Made by a program: the position numbers and the translations under genes. A stretch of 64,000 nt of DNA from Euprymna scolopes (Eukaryota). Positions 48,912-60,744 of the stretch are shown in pieces. Numbering within the stretch: position 1 is the first letter of the stretch; every line of letters starts with the position of its first letter. The stretch lies in the NCBI GenBank assembly GCA_053919585.1, contig CM132813.1. One strand, written 5' to 3'. The notes under the pieces are model-generated. The model searched no databases, was not told the origin of the DNA, and saw only the letters and a list, made by a program, of their open reading frames with translations.

Positions 48912-51146
48912 GATTGTATGTAAATCCTTTTGGTGAACAGTTTGAAGAGTTTTATTCCGTACTAGCAAATGTACTTGGTGTTGCCCGATATTAAATATAA
49001 CATTAAATTCCTTTAAAAAGAAAAAAAAAAATACTTGAGCCAAGGTCAAAACCAAAACCGAAAGACCATAATTCAAGTAAAATAACCATCAGACCAGCTT
49101 GCCACGGTCTTTGAAACGTTTTCAAACCTACTTATTCTTAACATAAAGGAAGCTGTCATGAGAACGATTCACACATGTGCAGTCGTGAAACAGTTGACAA
49201 ACAGATAAAAATCTTGTGACTTCCAAGTACCAATTTTTCAATCTTGACCTCTTAGCAGCCCTTTTTTCCCCCCAGATGAAACCAGATTAAAAAGTTTTAC
49301 ACATGTCCAAATACCCTATATACCAAATTTCAAGTCTGTAGATCAAAAGTTCGTAGAGATCTGCCCCCACATACACATTCTCACTTTTATAGATTTATGA
49401 GCCTTGTTTAGAATAAATTGGCAGAAAGTTTAATCTTCCTCTCCAGGGTTTCATCGACAACATTACTTCCTCGAGCATATATACAGTCTTGCAATTTCTA
49501 AGATCTAATAAGGGCTGTGTCTTTCCCAGTATATTTCCTTCTACAATTTCTTTGTTGTTGGAGGAATGGAAACAGTTTAGAAATAATTCAAACTTATTTT
49601 AACTCATTTTAGAAAAGAAAAAAAAATGGGTTTTTTGTAGAGTGGACTATTGCTCCAATATGATAAAATGAAACCTTTTCAATCCAGTCCTAAAAATGTT
49701 TCAATCTCTTTTCCTATATTTGGAACCCATTTTGTATGCCTACATGCAAGTGTCAGTCTATTTTCACTCATTTTTATTGTAGTATTGACATACTAATACT
49801 AAAATCTTAAAATTAAGGGAAAATGCATTTTTAGCATATAGTTTCAGCATTATGCAAATTTACAAAAATATCTTTGGTGGCTCCAACCACATTTCTAGAA
49901 AACAGTGTGGCAGTCAACATATTAATCCTTCATGAATAAACAATCATTACCAAATAATCTAAGAATACAAAAAAAAAGACCTGTATATTTATTCATTTTG
50001 ATAAAATATCTTGAAAGTTTTGCAATAGAGAAAAAAAAAGGTCAACAGAATAACCTTTAAGACAATTGCTTTCTTTTTTTTAATATGTTCTCAATATCAT
50101 GCAATGTAATACAGATAGCACAGCTAAATATAGCTTTTACACTGAAAACTTAGCCCAATAGTTCACAATTGGTGTGCCGTGGAATGATTACTTGTCTCCC
50201 GTGAAAATAGCTAGAAACCTTTCCATTTTGTTTAATAGACAATTAATATATCATGATGACTGCCGCTAAATTCAAAAAATGGTTTGTTTTGTTTTTTTTA
50301 ATTGAATTTCAGGAAACCAAACTTATCGTGCATACTAATTAATAAGCTTTTTTCATGGTTTATATTAGTGATGGGATGGAATGATTAACCAGAATATCAG
50401 TTTTTTAAAGTGTCTGGAATCGGTATCTGAGCTGAATAATTCAGACCCAATTTAGATATCAAAACGATATCATATATCGGATACAGGATATGTTGATTTA
50501 TGTGATTAAAAATTTTCTTGATATAATCATTTTTTTTTTTTTTTTTTTTAATTTTATTGCAAAACGACTTTATGAGTAGAAAATTTAAATTAAAATTTTA
50601 AAAAATAACTCAGTAGTGTGTTGCCATGTAAAAAAAAAAAAAAAAAAATGGTTGGGAACCACTAGCTAATCAGACAGAATCATGGGGGCGAGAAAATAAA
50701 CGGGGATGGTCAGTGAAATAAAGGCAGAATGAGAGAATAGGTGAGGAGGGGGGCATGATTTTATTTTTGTTTTGGTCAGAGGTGGGGAGGGGGTCCTTCT
50801 CACTTTGAAGATGCTTTTAAAGGCATTTTGTCAATTTTTTTATTTGAGGCACTTCAGATTTCAATTTCTAACTCCACGCATTCGCACTTCACATGCAGAT
50901 CCACTTGTTTCTTAAACTGCTGAAATTTAATCTTCAAGCCAAGAAATCAATAAAATATTGCTGACATTGGGATTTGGTGTTACCCGGATCAAGGAAGACA
51001 GGGGAAAAGACGGGAAGGTTAAAAAAGGGGGTAAGTGTTGCACAAAGGCAGACACGTTAATCCATTAGAGACTGAAAAAACAGGCAAACATAAAATTATG
51101 AAATTTCTGCTTAAATACACGCATAGAAAATTTGTGAGCAAATATA

Positions 51147-51380
51147 TATACAGCACAATCACGTTGACACACCGGTTCTCGACAGATCACCAAAGTTAAG
51201 CAACATTGAGCCTGGCCAGTACAAGACGGGTGACCATTTGCGAAGGCTAGGTGCTGCATGTATCTTTTGGAAGGTTGGGCATGGTGCCAGCAACCTCACC
51301 CTAAAAAAAAGAACTCCTCACAACAAATGCATCTACAAAGTTGTAGATGGCCTATGCCCCTCCTGGGGTTCAAGGATATA
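51147..51380 (+). mobile_element. 5S-derived SINE, family 2 (RTE-like body and tail)
   Basis: Best-preserved 5S head (ATCACGTTGACACACCGGTTCTCG...AAGTTAAGCAACATTGAGCCTGG...GGGTGACC), then GGTTGGGC...CAACCTCACCC and GGCCTATGCCCC...AAGGA instead of the family-1 body. Confidence 0.75.
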
Positions 51381-52329
51381 GAATATTGATAATTGTTGCA
51401 ATTGCAAAGTCAAATTTTCTTTTTCCAGCAAACTTTTAAGTCATGTTTTTTTTGTTTGTTTTTTTTTTCATTTCAGCCAACTTCTGAGCAGTATATATCT
51501 TTTTTTCCAGCCAACTTTCAAATTAGATTTATCCTCCCCAGAGGAGCTCTGAATCAGATTTTTTTTTCTTTCCAGACTAGTTCCAAATCAGATTTTTTTT
51601 CCCAGACTAGTTCCAAATCAGATGTTTTTTCCAGAAGAGTTCTGACCTGGATTTTTTTTTTTTTTTTGCCAACTAGAGAGTAGAATTTAAAACCTTTTTT
51701 TTATTTTACACAATCAGCCAATCCTAGAGTATTCAGCAATTTTTAGACAAGTTTAATTTTCTTTAAACTAACACTGAAATCAGCTTTTTGGTTAGGAGCA
51801 AAATGTAGTGTCTGTTCAGAAATTATACATCTTTTCTGTCCTCTATAAGTGAAGGAGGGATCTTCTAGACTAAGACAATTTTTATTTTGGTCTATCTAGA
51901 GTTTCTCTTTGCAACAAAGCACATTAAAAACTCACCATGAATCTAATTCTTTCCTCATGAGGAAGCAAGAAAATAGGAACTTTTTCTTTACATTATCATC
52001 ATCCAAATTGGTCTCGTAATGATACTTTGACTGCAAAACTGCCTGGGTTTTTTTTTTATCAGTTTTAGAAAACAATAAGAAAAGCAATGGACCAGTAGAC
52101 TGGGAACACGTTAACTTCCTTAGATGAAATAGCTAAAGCCATCCAACTTGTAAAAATTCGATTCTCAGTAATTTCTCTTGACTGCCAGGTTATATGATAA
52201 ACAAATATTTAGACTCACGAGGGCTAATATTAAACCGCTTTAATATCAATATCATAACAGCCAATACTAGAGCTTGATACCAATTTTATAATAATAGTTT
52301 TCGGTTTTCATGTTATATGGCAGTGAATA

Positions 52330-52786
52330 CAAGGCTTTTATGTTGCGAGTGAAACAGTCACATTTGCAAGTGATTTTTCCAAGTGGCGACTAGCAATAAA
52401 GTGCTTATCTTTTGGTGATTGTGTACACGCCCCTCCTCGAACAATCTTCCAAAATGCATTGTTGAATGAAAAATTTCTGTTCAAACCTTTTTTTTTTTTA
52501 TAAAACGAGCAAAGTCAAATTATTTAAACAATAAAAGGTTTAAAAGAATATATTCCATTTTTAATGAAGGTCATTTAAAAAACATCTGAAGAAATTCAAA
52601 GGTTTATACTTTGAAATTTCAACATAAAATTCCATGCATATTTAGAATTGCACTAATGTTTTTTAAATACAGAAAAATATGATGTAGTACTTGTCATGAA
52701 ACAAAAATGTCATATTCCAAAAATCATGAGCATTTGGCTAGTAACTTTTCCATTTGGCTATTAAATGAAAATATTTAGTTGTCAAG
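52330..52786 (-). mobile_element. hAT-type MITE, family A (one end truncated)
   Basis: Colinear with 6821-7305. Confidence 0.8.
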
Positions 52787-53018
52787 TAAATGCTTGGAAT
52801 GCTGGGCCCTCGCCGCCAACTAACCAGTCAATCATTAAAATTCCACCCATTCACTGTAGAGAAAAAAAATAAAATTGATATGCTATTAAACGGGAAGATT
52901 TTTTAAATAATGCAGAACATTTATTCAGTTCCATATTTTACCTCCCTTTCCATTTTCACTTGGAAAAATAGCTTTAACTTGGTAATATTTCAGACATATC
53001 TCCAGATGAATTACTTAC

Positions 53019-53069
53019 AACCATCGTATAAGGTATGCCACCAACTTTTTCGGATTCCAAAACTTTTGA
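53019..53069 (-). CDS. Candidate 51-nt internal exon (all three frames open)
   Basis: ccttattttaatgtttcag|TCAAAAG...GATGGTT|gtaagt; length 3n; not repeated in the window. Confidence 0.5.
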
Positions 53070-53195
53070 CTGAAACATTAAAATAAGGGGTCAATGTTAA
53101 GGGACTGTTAATTAGTATTATTTACATCATTGAAACTACTGATCTCATCTTTAATGTTATTTTTGTTTTGATTGATGTAGCCTCTGACACACACA

Positions 53196-53266
<71 letters not shown>

Positions 53267-54811
53267 GCAATTTATGCAGATTTCATATTTATTATTATAG
53301 AGCCAATTTCCTATTGATCCAATTTTTATTTTGATATTTTATCCAATATATAATAGTCATTTTGATATTGCATCCAAAAATTAAAAAGAAAAAAAATGAC
53401 TAGGGTACCATCAGCTAGAATTGAAACCAAAACATTTAGCTCTCCAGCATTATTCACTACCATATAAACTAACAGATTTAAAAACTTTAAAAATTAATAG
53501 TTTGATGTATATTTGCACATGTATAGTCAACGTTTAGTCAATTTATTATACCTGCCAAGTTCCAATTTTTTTTCTCAATTTTGACCCCTTAGCAGTTATT
53601 TTTACCAGATAGATCCAAATAACCCATATATCAAGTTACAAGTCTGTAGACCAAAAATTAAAAATAGCTTGGTAGAGGTCGTTCCTCAGACAGACAAGGT
53701 TACTTATATATAAAGATAGTAATAAGACTACACAGCTCAAACAATAGGTTTAAGTCTCCTAAAATCCATACTAGAATTGTCCACAAGGAATATAAGTGCC
53801 AATCTGTTGTAAGAAACAATCTTCATCCATGTGCGATACTAAGAATACAATCACGAATCACTTAAGACTTCTACCCGGTTTTGGCTGATGGGGCCAGAGC
53901 GAGTTATCCCCATGGATTAAATAAAGATTCCTGAGTTTGACACGATACACCTGAAGGGGTCACGTTATTTGAAAATAATACAAATTATCAATCCTCAACT
54001 CAAAAATTCCAAAAAATATTGTCTTTATTCTCCAAAGATTAAAAATCCAACCCCTAGCATTCATATGAGTTTGACTTGGTTGTATTCCAAAGGTTTCAAC
54101 TTTTGGACTCCGCAATGCTGTTCATGACATTTCATCCATTTTGTTCTCGCCTTCTCCAGATTCCTTTTGTTGAATGTAGAGATTTGTAAAGATGCTAGAA
54201 ATGATAGGTTTTTACTCAAGCTTTATGGAAACAGAAGTGGAAAATGCCTTTCAAAGTTAAAGATGAGAAGTCGGTTACGTGTCAGGATATGAAGTCATGG
54301 ACAGGAAGTAAAAAGCAAGACGTGTTGAAGAAAGAAAAGTTTTTCTTTGGCAGAGCAGTTGATTTGGTATAGATGTCATTTTCAAAGCTCTGTCGTTTGT
54401 CTGCTCCTCCAGAGATTGGGTGAGGAGACGCTTACGTATAAGTATGTTCATCATTAGATTAAATAAATTCAGTTCAAAATTCTATTCAGATTTCCTTTCC
54501 ATTCTTATTATTTCCTCCCATGTTTTCATTGGCCTTTCTTGCCAATTGACCTTGCTATCTCAACTGAACACCAAGAAACTAATCCCATTTATTTATTCTT
54601 ATAATGCGACCATACCATTCAACTCTCTTGTTCTGCACACATCTTTTTTTATCGTCCAGATTCAATATTCCTCTGAGGTCATAAGATCTAAGCCTGTCTT
54701 TAAGACTTACATTCATCATATCACTGTTACATCATGTTAGTTGGAAACAATGTTATAAAGGTTTTAGCAGGATTGTGGAGTAATAGGTTTTAGAAGTTGC
54801 ATGATGTTGCA

Positions 54812-55674
54812 TCTATATTATATTTCTCTTTGTCTGTCTGTTTGTCCACTTCACTTTTTCTTGGAAACTACTGGGCCAATCTAGCTGAAATTTTGTCTAG
54901 ACTTGTTATGATAAGGTGCAATATCATAATAGATATTTGATGCACAGTTAAAGATTAATCGGGATTAGTATTTAATGAGCACAAATTTAAACCTATTCAA
55001 CCATCAAGTTGGCATAAAGCACTCATTTTAAGTAAATGGGCTATAATTTTCTGTTTTAACAAGCTAAAAAGTCATAATATATTAATGTTCGGACAATTAA
55101 TCAAAATCTGAAAAAAAATCAGAAAATTTTGGGCTATTAGAATCTGAAAAATTGTGCTTAGTTTCCGATGTCAAAAACGATTGTTTTCCTTTTTAAACTT
55201 ATTCTATTGCTAGTACTAATAAAATGATAAATATTCATTGGTTTTGAACTACAAACAGAACTAATATCAACAGATCAAACTTCACACGTGTATTTTTACG
55301 TTTGTAAAAACATGCATGTATCATGTTTTTACAGAAATCCTGAAAAAAAAAAAAAAAAAAAAAACTATAGCTAAATATTTAGGGATTTTAAAAAAATCAG
55401 AATCAGTAATTGTATTGGAATCAGGAAAAATTTGTCCCATCACCAATATATAAAATCAGGCAACTTCAAATGTGTGAAGATGCTTTTGTTCTTTATTATT
55501 AATAGATTAGCATCAAGTAATTATTTTTTTTAATTCCTATTTTCCCAAGATAATTTTATTACAAAATTAAAGTCACCAAAATAAATTTCTTTTTCTTCAT
55601 AAACAAATCAGTAATATTTCTTTTTACATTTCTTTTTTTAACTCTCGGGCAACAACACCAGGTAGATAAATCTA
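54812..55674 (+). mobile_element. Non-autonomous Helitron (old)
   Basis: A|TCTATA...TGTCTGTCTG start; decayed CGGGCAAC hairpin near the end. Confidence 0.55.
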
Positions 55675-56116
55675 ATTTATAATATCATTTTCTTTAAAAA
55701 TAAATAAATAAAATCTAGATTAGTTTTAAAATTGACTTTATAACTTTCTGGCAAAGAGTCGGGGGGGGGGGCATCAAAAGAGCTATGCTCCATCTTCAAG
55801 AGAAGCAAATGTGAAATTACATTATTCCAATGTGTCAAGTTCTTTGAAGAATTTCTTAAAAGGCGAAATATTGATTTGCTGCCATGTACTTCAATGGGTT
55901 AACAGGTGCAAAAATTACGAGAAAAAATATAAAAAGAAACTTATTTAAAAAATAGATAAAAATAACAGCCTTGATTTATGGGAAGAGGTCGAAATTGAGC
56001 ATTCTAAGAATATGCAGGTTGAATGGCAAAAGAAAAAGGAAAAATTCGGGTAAAAAAAAAAAAAAAAGTTTTTTTAACCTGTCAACCAATTCACAAATAT
56101 TTTGTGATTTTCTTCA

Positions 56117-56665
56117 TCTATAAGATAAATCTCACCTGTCTGTTTAAATGCATGCATGTATGTATGTCTAAAACTTTCAACGGAGGCGACGGATTTGCAA
56201 GAGACTGGTATCGTTTTGAGGCTCGACCCTTTGGACGCCAAATATCCAAAAATTGGCCAAAAACATTAATTCCTTTATCCTCAACTGGACATTTTTCTAC
56301 AGGGAGAGGTCGCTTTTTTTGCTGATATTTTTGAAAGTCATCGCCTCTTTTCGATTGTCTAGCCTTAATTTAAACCTACGTCACTTCCGATTTGGCGATG
56401 GGCACAACAACAAATGCATCACTTTTTTTTTTTGCTTCCCACCCCACTTTCTTTTCCTCTTTCACGGTACGGGCTCGAGTCTGCTAACTACTCCTATTTT
56501 TTTTTTTTTTTTTTAGCTCAACCAACACCCTTACACTTCCACTTTCTCTTCCACCTTCGTGCCACGGGTTCAGGCCTGCCTATCTACTATAACTTTTTTT
56601 TTATTTTTGTTGCTTGCTCAACACACACCTCCAAACACTAGGGCAACGACGGGCACACAAGCTAG
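56117..56665 (+). mobile_element. Non-autonomous Helitron
   Basis: A|TCTATA start; GGGCAACGACGGG hairpin remnant; CTAG end at 56662-56665. Confidence 0.8.
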
Positions 56666-57150
56666 TCTATAATATAAATCTCAATTGTCTGTGTGTTTGT
56701 ATGTCCGCAAAAATCTTTTGTCATCCACATCAGACTGGGATGAATGTGATACAGTTTGAAAGAGCAATCTCTGAAAAATAATACCGAAAAATTAAAAAGT
56801 CGATTTCATGTAGAAATGTCGTTTTGCTTGGGGGGAGGGATCAGGTAAAATCTAGGTTTCGGCACTGCTTCTTAATCATACATGCACGAACGGTCAATTC
56901 ATTGTTTCATTTTAAAAAGCTAAATTTGCAACGTGATAACGTGTCGTTGTGGTCAATAATGTGCTCGCTTACAAACTTAACTTTTGTAAGTTCGCGTCCA
57001 CCACGTGGCATTTTTTTCTTTTTCTCTCTATCTTTTAAAATTCTGAACTTTCTTACATGCCCCCACTATGCAGCATTTTTTTTTATCTTTTATGGCACCA
57101 AAGTCACTTATTTATTTAAGCATATTTTACAACCAAGCAAAAGCAAGCGC
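56666..57150 (+). mobile_element. Head-to-tail second Helitron unit (3' end not found)
   Basis: Junction CTAG|TCTATAATATAAATCTC repeats the 5' end of the preceding unit. Confidence 0.6.
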
Positions 57151-57789
57151 CCCCCCCCCCCACGCCTCAATAGTCTCAGATAAAAATCAGAGTTAGAAAG
57201 CAAAACGTTTTGAAAGGAGTCAGAGTATATGTTAGGAGTTGATGTCGGAGTTTTTAATCTGCAAATAATCAACAGTCAAATCTTGGAAGACATTGAAATA
57301 AGGAATCAGAATCAAAGATTTTGAAATTATACAAGTCATACTCTGGGTTTATACCTTCCAAATCTGCAACCATAAGAATCCACCTTCCATCCTCATCCCA
57401 TCTTGAAGATTATCAAACTGTAATCTTTTCATTTTGAAGTATAACATTAAGATTTGAAATTTATGAGAGCTGAAACAGTAAGTCTGTTTTTTTTCTTTAA
57501 AAGAAATATTTATTTACCTTTAAAAATAAATATTTCTTTTTTTAGATTAAAAACGTGTATATCATTGTGGCTTTGTTAAATTTCCAATATTTAATATTCA
57601 TTTGATAACTATATTTCAAAAACAAAAAAAAACAAAAAAATGCCATCATATTTCTTAAATTATAACATTTCGAGGATGCAACCCGAGAAAGATTTATTTA
57701 TGAAAAATCAATTTTCTTTTTTAGTTATGGAGGAGGCCAACAATTTATAATTGTGTTTGTTCCTCCAGCATTCATAAACATTAACTATT

Positions 57790-58190
57790 ACAAAGCCACC
57801 ATTCACTCATGCATGGTGCATTGTTGCTACATTCGGGTGAGTGTACCAATCACTAACCTCACCTTCTTGGACAGCGTGCAAAGAAGAATTTGGAATCAAG
57901 CTTCAGCCCATGCCAAAATGTTGCATCTCTGTGCTTCTTTATACAAGTATTTCCATGAAATGCTTTCCAATGAACTTGTTGCACTTTTACCCCCTCAACA
58001 TAAATAACAATCGACAAACAGCAAAATTCCACCCCTTCACTCTAAACGTTCCTAGATGAAGATGTTCTACTATAACAGATTATTTTCTTGAACCATTTTC
58101 CTTTAGAATTCCCTCTATGCCCATTTCGCAGACGACATGCAGAAATCTAAATGTAATATGAAAAAAATCTTGCTTCCCAACCCTTTAACT
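57790..58190 (+). mobile_element. CR1/L2-group LINE 3' remnant
   Basis: YKATIHSCMVHCC, LDSVQRR and LYKYFH...SNEL motifs. Confidence 0.75.
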
Positions 58191-58731
58191 AGGTCGCCCT
58201 CTATAAATCTGGAGCATCACAATGAAAAAAACAATTATTCTTTGAATAAAAATTGAAAGATGCTGATCTTTGCACTATAATAAGTTTCCATTTTTATTTC
58301 TAGATATATATTTCATCTATTGGCTTAAGCGGATTAATAAAATAATGACAATAAAAGGATAATTCTTCAACAAATAAAAATTATGTGGTTATTATGCTAG
58401 ACAAAATTATATTCAGCTCATTTTTCAGATATTTGCCCCAAGGTGAACAGATTGAAATGATCTTACGCCATCATAATTAATCAAGTGTTTGGATTAAAAC
58501 GGTTCATAAATCCTAACAAAGAGGGAGAGAGTTATACTCATTTAGAAGTTAAGCATTTAATCTGCTCGTTTTCTTTTTCTTAAATTAACTATTATTTCAT
58601 GCTGAAAACAAAGAAGCTCTCTTGAATAAGTCGCCCCACTAACACCATCGTTCCCTTACGTTTCTTTGAAGATGGCTAAATATTCCTTGTTTCTAAGTTT
58701 TCCCATTTTAATATATTTTTTAATGATAGCC

Positions 58732-59221
58732 CAGGGCTCTACATTACGAGTGAAGCAGGCACATTTTCAAGTGATTTTTCAAAGTGGCGATTAGATTTAA
58801 TGAAATGCTTATCTTTTGGCGATTGCATTTCTTTCACTGACAACCCTCAAAGGCTCACTACTGAGTGAAAAATATCTTTTCAACTTTTTTATAATAAAAT
58901 GAACAAAGTTAAATTATTTAAACAATAAAAGTTTAATAGAACGAGATACTCTTTTTAAACAATGGGTGTTTAAAATAATAGCTGAAGAAATAAGAATGTT
59001 TATACCTTCAAGTATCAACATAAAATTTGTTGTATATTTAGAATTACACTTATTTAAAAAATCACAGAAAGATCTTTATGATGTACATACTCGTCACAGA
59101 ACGAAGATGTCATATTCTAAAAATCATGTAAGTTTGGTTAGTAATTATTCTACTTGACTAGTAAACGAAAATATTTAGTTATCAAAGGTCAACTAAATAT
59201 GAATCTGTCCATAGAACCCAG
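58732..59221 (-). mobile_element. hAT-type MITE, family A
   Basis: Colinear with 6821-7305. Confidence 0.88.
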
Positions 59222-59774
59222 TAGTAGCTCCAGACAATGCATGAAGCCACTTGATATAAGGAACTTAAAAAACAATAGATTGCATAATAGCGAAAATATA
59301 GAGCGAGGCAGAATCATTTCAAATCAATTTTTAACTCGTCATTCTTAAGCACACTAATGAAACCTGAAGTCAAAACATTAGCATAGAAGTGACGGACCAA
59401 GTACTCCATGTTGGAAATACAGGAAGGGACACACATTCATGTGCAACATGCACTTGAAGGTACCCTAACATTTAAGGAGTGCTGATATGGGTAGCTCCTT
59501 GAGAGGCTTCTCTAAGTTCAGTCCAGTATTATCACCCAGGAAAAGTGCTAACCAGACAACCTTGCTCTCTACCAAGAACGAACTACCTTCCTTATCCACA
59601 AGTTGTTAGATAAAGTAAACGTGAAAAAGATCCTGCCACCAGCATTCAATCCCCTTAGACTAAAAACACGTTAACCAAAAGGTAAACCCTTTAAGAGGAC
59701 AATAAGGAATGTTTACAATATATACATATATTTTTTTTTTTTGCAAACACATTAACAAATCGTAACCTCCATGG

Positions 59775-60064
59775 AGTCACAAAAAATAATGCATACCACC
59801 TGTAATGGTGGCTGCGCATGTAATTGTGAAGCAAAAGTTGCATAATTTCCAGCCACATCTCTCTGGTGTAAGCACTGCTTGATTCCAGTGGCAAAGAAAA
59901 GTCCAGGATGACTGGAAACAATAAAGAGATAAGCAGAGAGCACATAGAGCACTTGGTATTCCCAAATGGTCACCCATTTTAGTAACGACCAGGCTCAACA
60001 ATGCTGACAACAAATAACTTTGGTGATCTAATGTGATTCAGTGTATCGATGTGATTATACCATA
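59775..60064 (-). mobile_element. 5S-derived SINE, family 1
   Basis: Reverse-complement 5S head plus the family body. Confidence 0.8.
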
Positions 60065-60082
60065 CCTATTCACAAATCCATT

Positions 60083-60345
60083 CATTTATTGCAGACTTAT
60101 CCTCATCTTTTTTAGTTGTTGTTTCACAATGTTTCGGCCAACTATTCCTCTGGCCTTTGTCAGATGGTAACCGCGACTGGATAGGAACTCTGAATCTCGT
60201 AATTGCATTGTCAGCAATTACTGCCTGCCACAGTTGTCGTCTCAGGTCACCGTTACCACCTGACGAAAGCAAGAGGAATAGTTGTTTCAGGACCTTTTGG
60301 CCAACAACTAACAGATGAGGATAATAGTCCGCAATAAATTAATAA
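60083..60345. mobile_element. Palindromic element (family P2) with hammerhead motifs in both arms
   Basis: Inverted arms; left arm (minus) CTGACAA-A-GGCCA-N10-TGGCC-GAAACATTGTG; right arm keeps CTGACGA at 60260. Confidence 0.72.
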
Positions 60346-60471
60346 ATAATACTCATCTCAATAATGAATTCCAATTAAATAATCTATTGACAAATGTTTA
60401 AAAATTCTATGAAAAAATAGTCAAATTGTCAGATTTTCAAATTATTTTGAACAGGGACTTTTCATAAAGGG

Positions 60472-60744
60472 TTGGTTGGTTGTTTTTGTTTCACGGCATA
60501 TCAACCCTTTTCAGGTTATTTAATGCCGAATCCAAAGATTTTGAAGAAAAATGTTTTAATAGAATATGTTTGTTGTTTTCAAGTCGGCTTCTATTTAACC
60601 CATAGTTGGGACCCTAACAGGTACTACCACTCCGGGTCAGAGTGGACCTGGGAGCAATGGCAATTAAAGGGTGACTCCACACTCTCCAAAGCCCGCAAGC
60701 TGGGGCCTCACCACTGGATATAGTTTAAGGTCATATCCAGGACC
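60472..60744 (-). mobile_element. SINE family S with a perfect 14-bp TSD
   Basis: CTTTTCATAAAGGG at 60458-60471 and 60745-60758; (AACC)n tail. Confidence 0.9.

Noticed and set aside
1089-59221. 5-bp TSD (hAT5-like) for MITE family A
   Set aside because: Flank matches are partial and fit a decayed canonical 8-bp TSD about as well; undecidable from five old copies.
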